Part shown: piece by piece, positions 63,851 to 64,000 of the stretch
Numbering within the stretch: the stretch's first letter is position 1
Layout: the number at the start of each line of letters is the position of its first letter
From: Octopus bimaculoides
Taxonomy: Eukaryota
Direction: 5' to 3'
NCBI RefSeq assembly: GCF_001194135.2
Contig: NC_068981.1
Coordinates: 134,451,292 to 134,515,291 of the forward strand
DNA length: 64,000 nucleotides
Notes under the pieces: generated by a model
Databases searched by the model: none
What the model was told of the DNA's origin: nothing
The model's input: only the letters and a program-made list of their open reading frames with translations
Translations under genes and position numbers: made by a program

Positions 63851-64000
63851 TAATTATGTGATCATTCTGTGATGTTTCTCTCACTCAATAACTTTATGAC
63901 AAGCTTTGAGCGTTCATGTTAGATCACATGGGATGCCCATGTGTTGTTCACAAATCATTCTGCTAAGCATGCAAGATACATATTTATTTGAAAATCATTT

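Overview
Very AT-rich eukaryotic (animal) genomic DNA, dominated by interspersed repeats and microsatellites, with three 10-N scaffold gaps (8975-8984, 16119-16128, 59537-59546). The SINE families look like those I recall from octopus (coleoid cephalopod); this is an inference, not a search result. There are no prokaryotic features, rRNA/tRNA genes or CRISPR arrays. Almost all ORF-track entries are microsatellite or repeat artefacts. Recognisable elements are: four R4/Dong-type RLE LINE fragments, three of them sitting at (TAA)n tracts; a decayed Ty3/gypsy (Mag-like) element with gag, protease and integrase but no RT-RNaseH; a young CpG-rich 1079-bp solo LTR with a 4-bp TSD; a decayed Penelope-like element; CR1/L2 and RTE remnants; three tRNA-type SINE families; RTE-tail repeats; and many MITEs (piggyBac, hAT, Tc1/mariner, long palindromes). 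Host coding signal is limited to a few short + strand exon candidates, the best being 24252-24401. The most interesting signal is a near-intact minimal type-I hammerhead ribozyme at 3170-3214, plus several decayed hammerhead relics, one directly at the 3' end of the Penelope-like element. All calls were made by eye. Coordinates of decayed repeats are approximate (about +/-10-20 nt).
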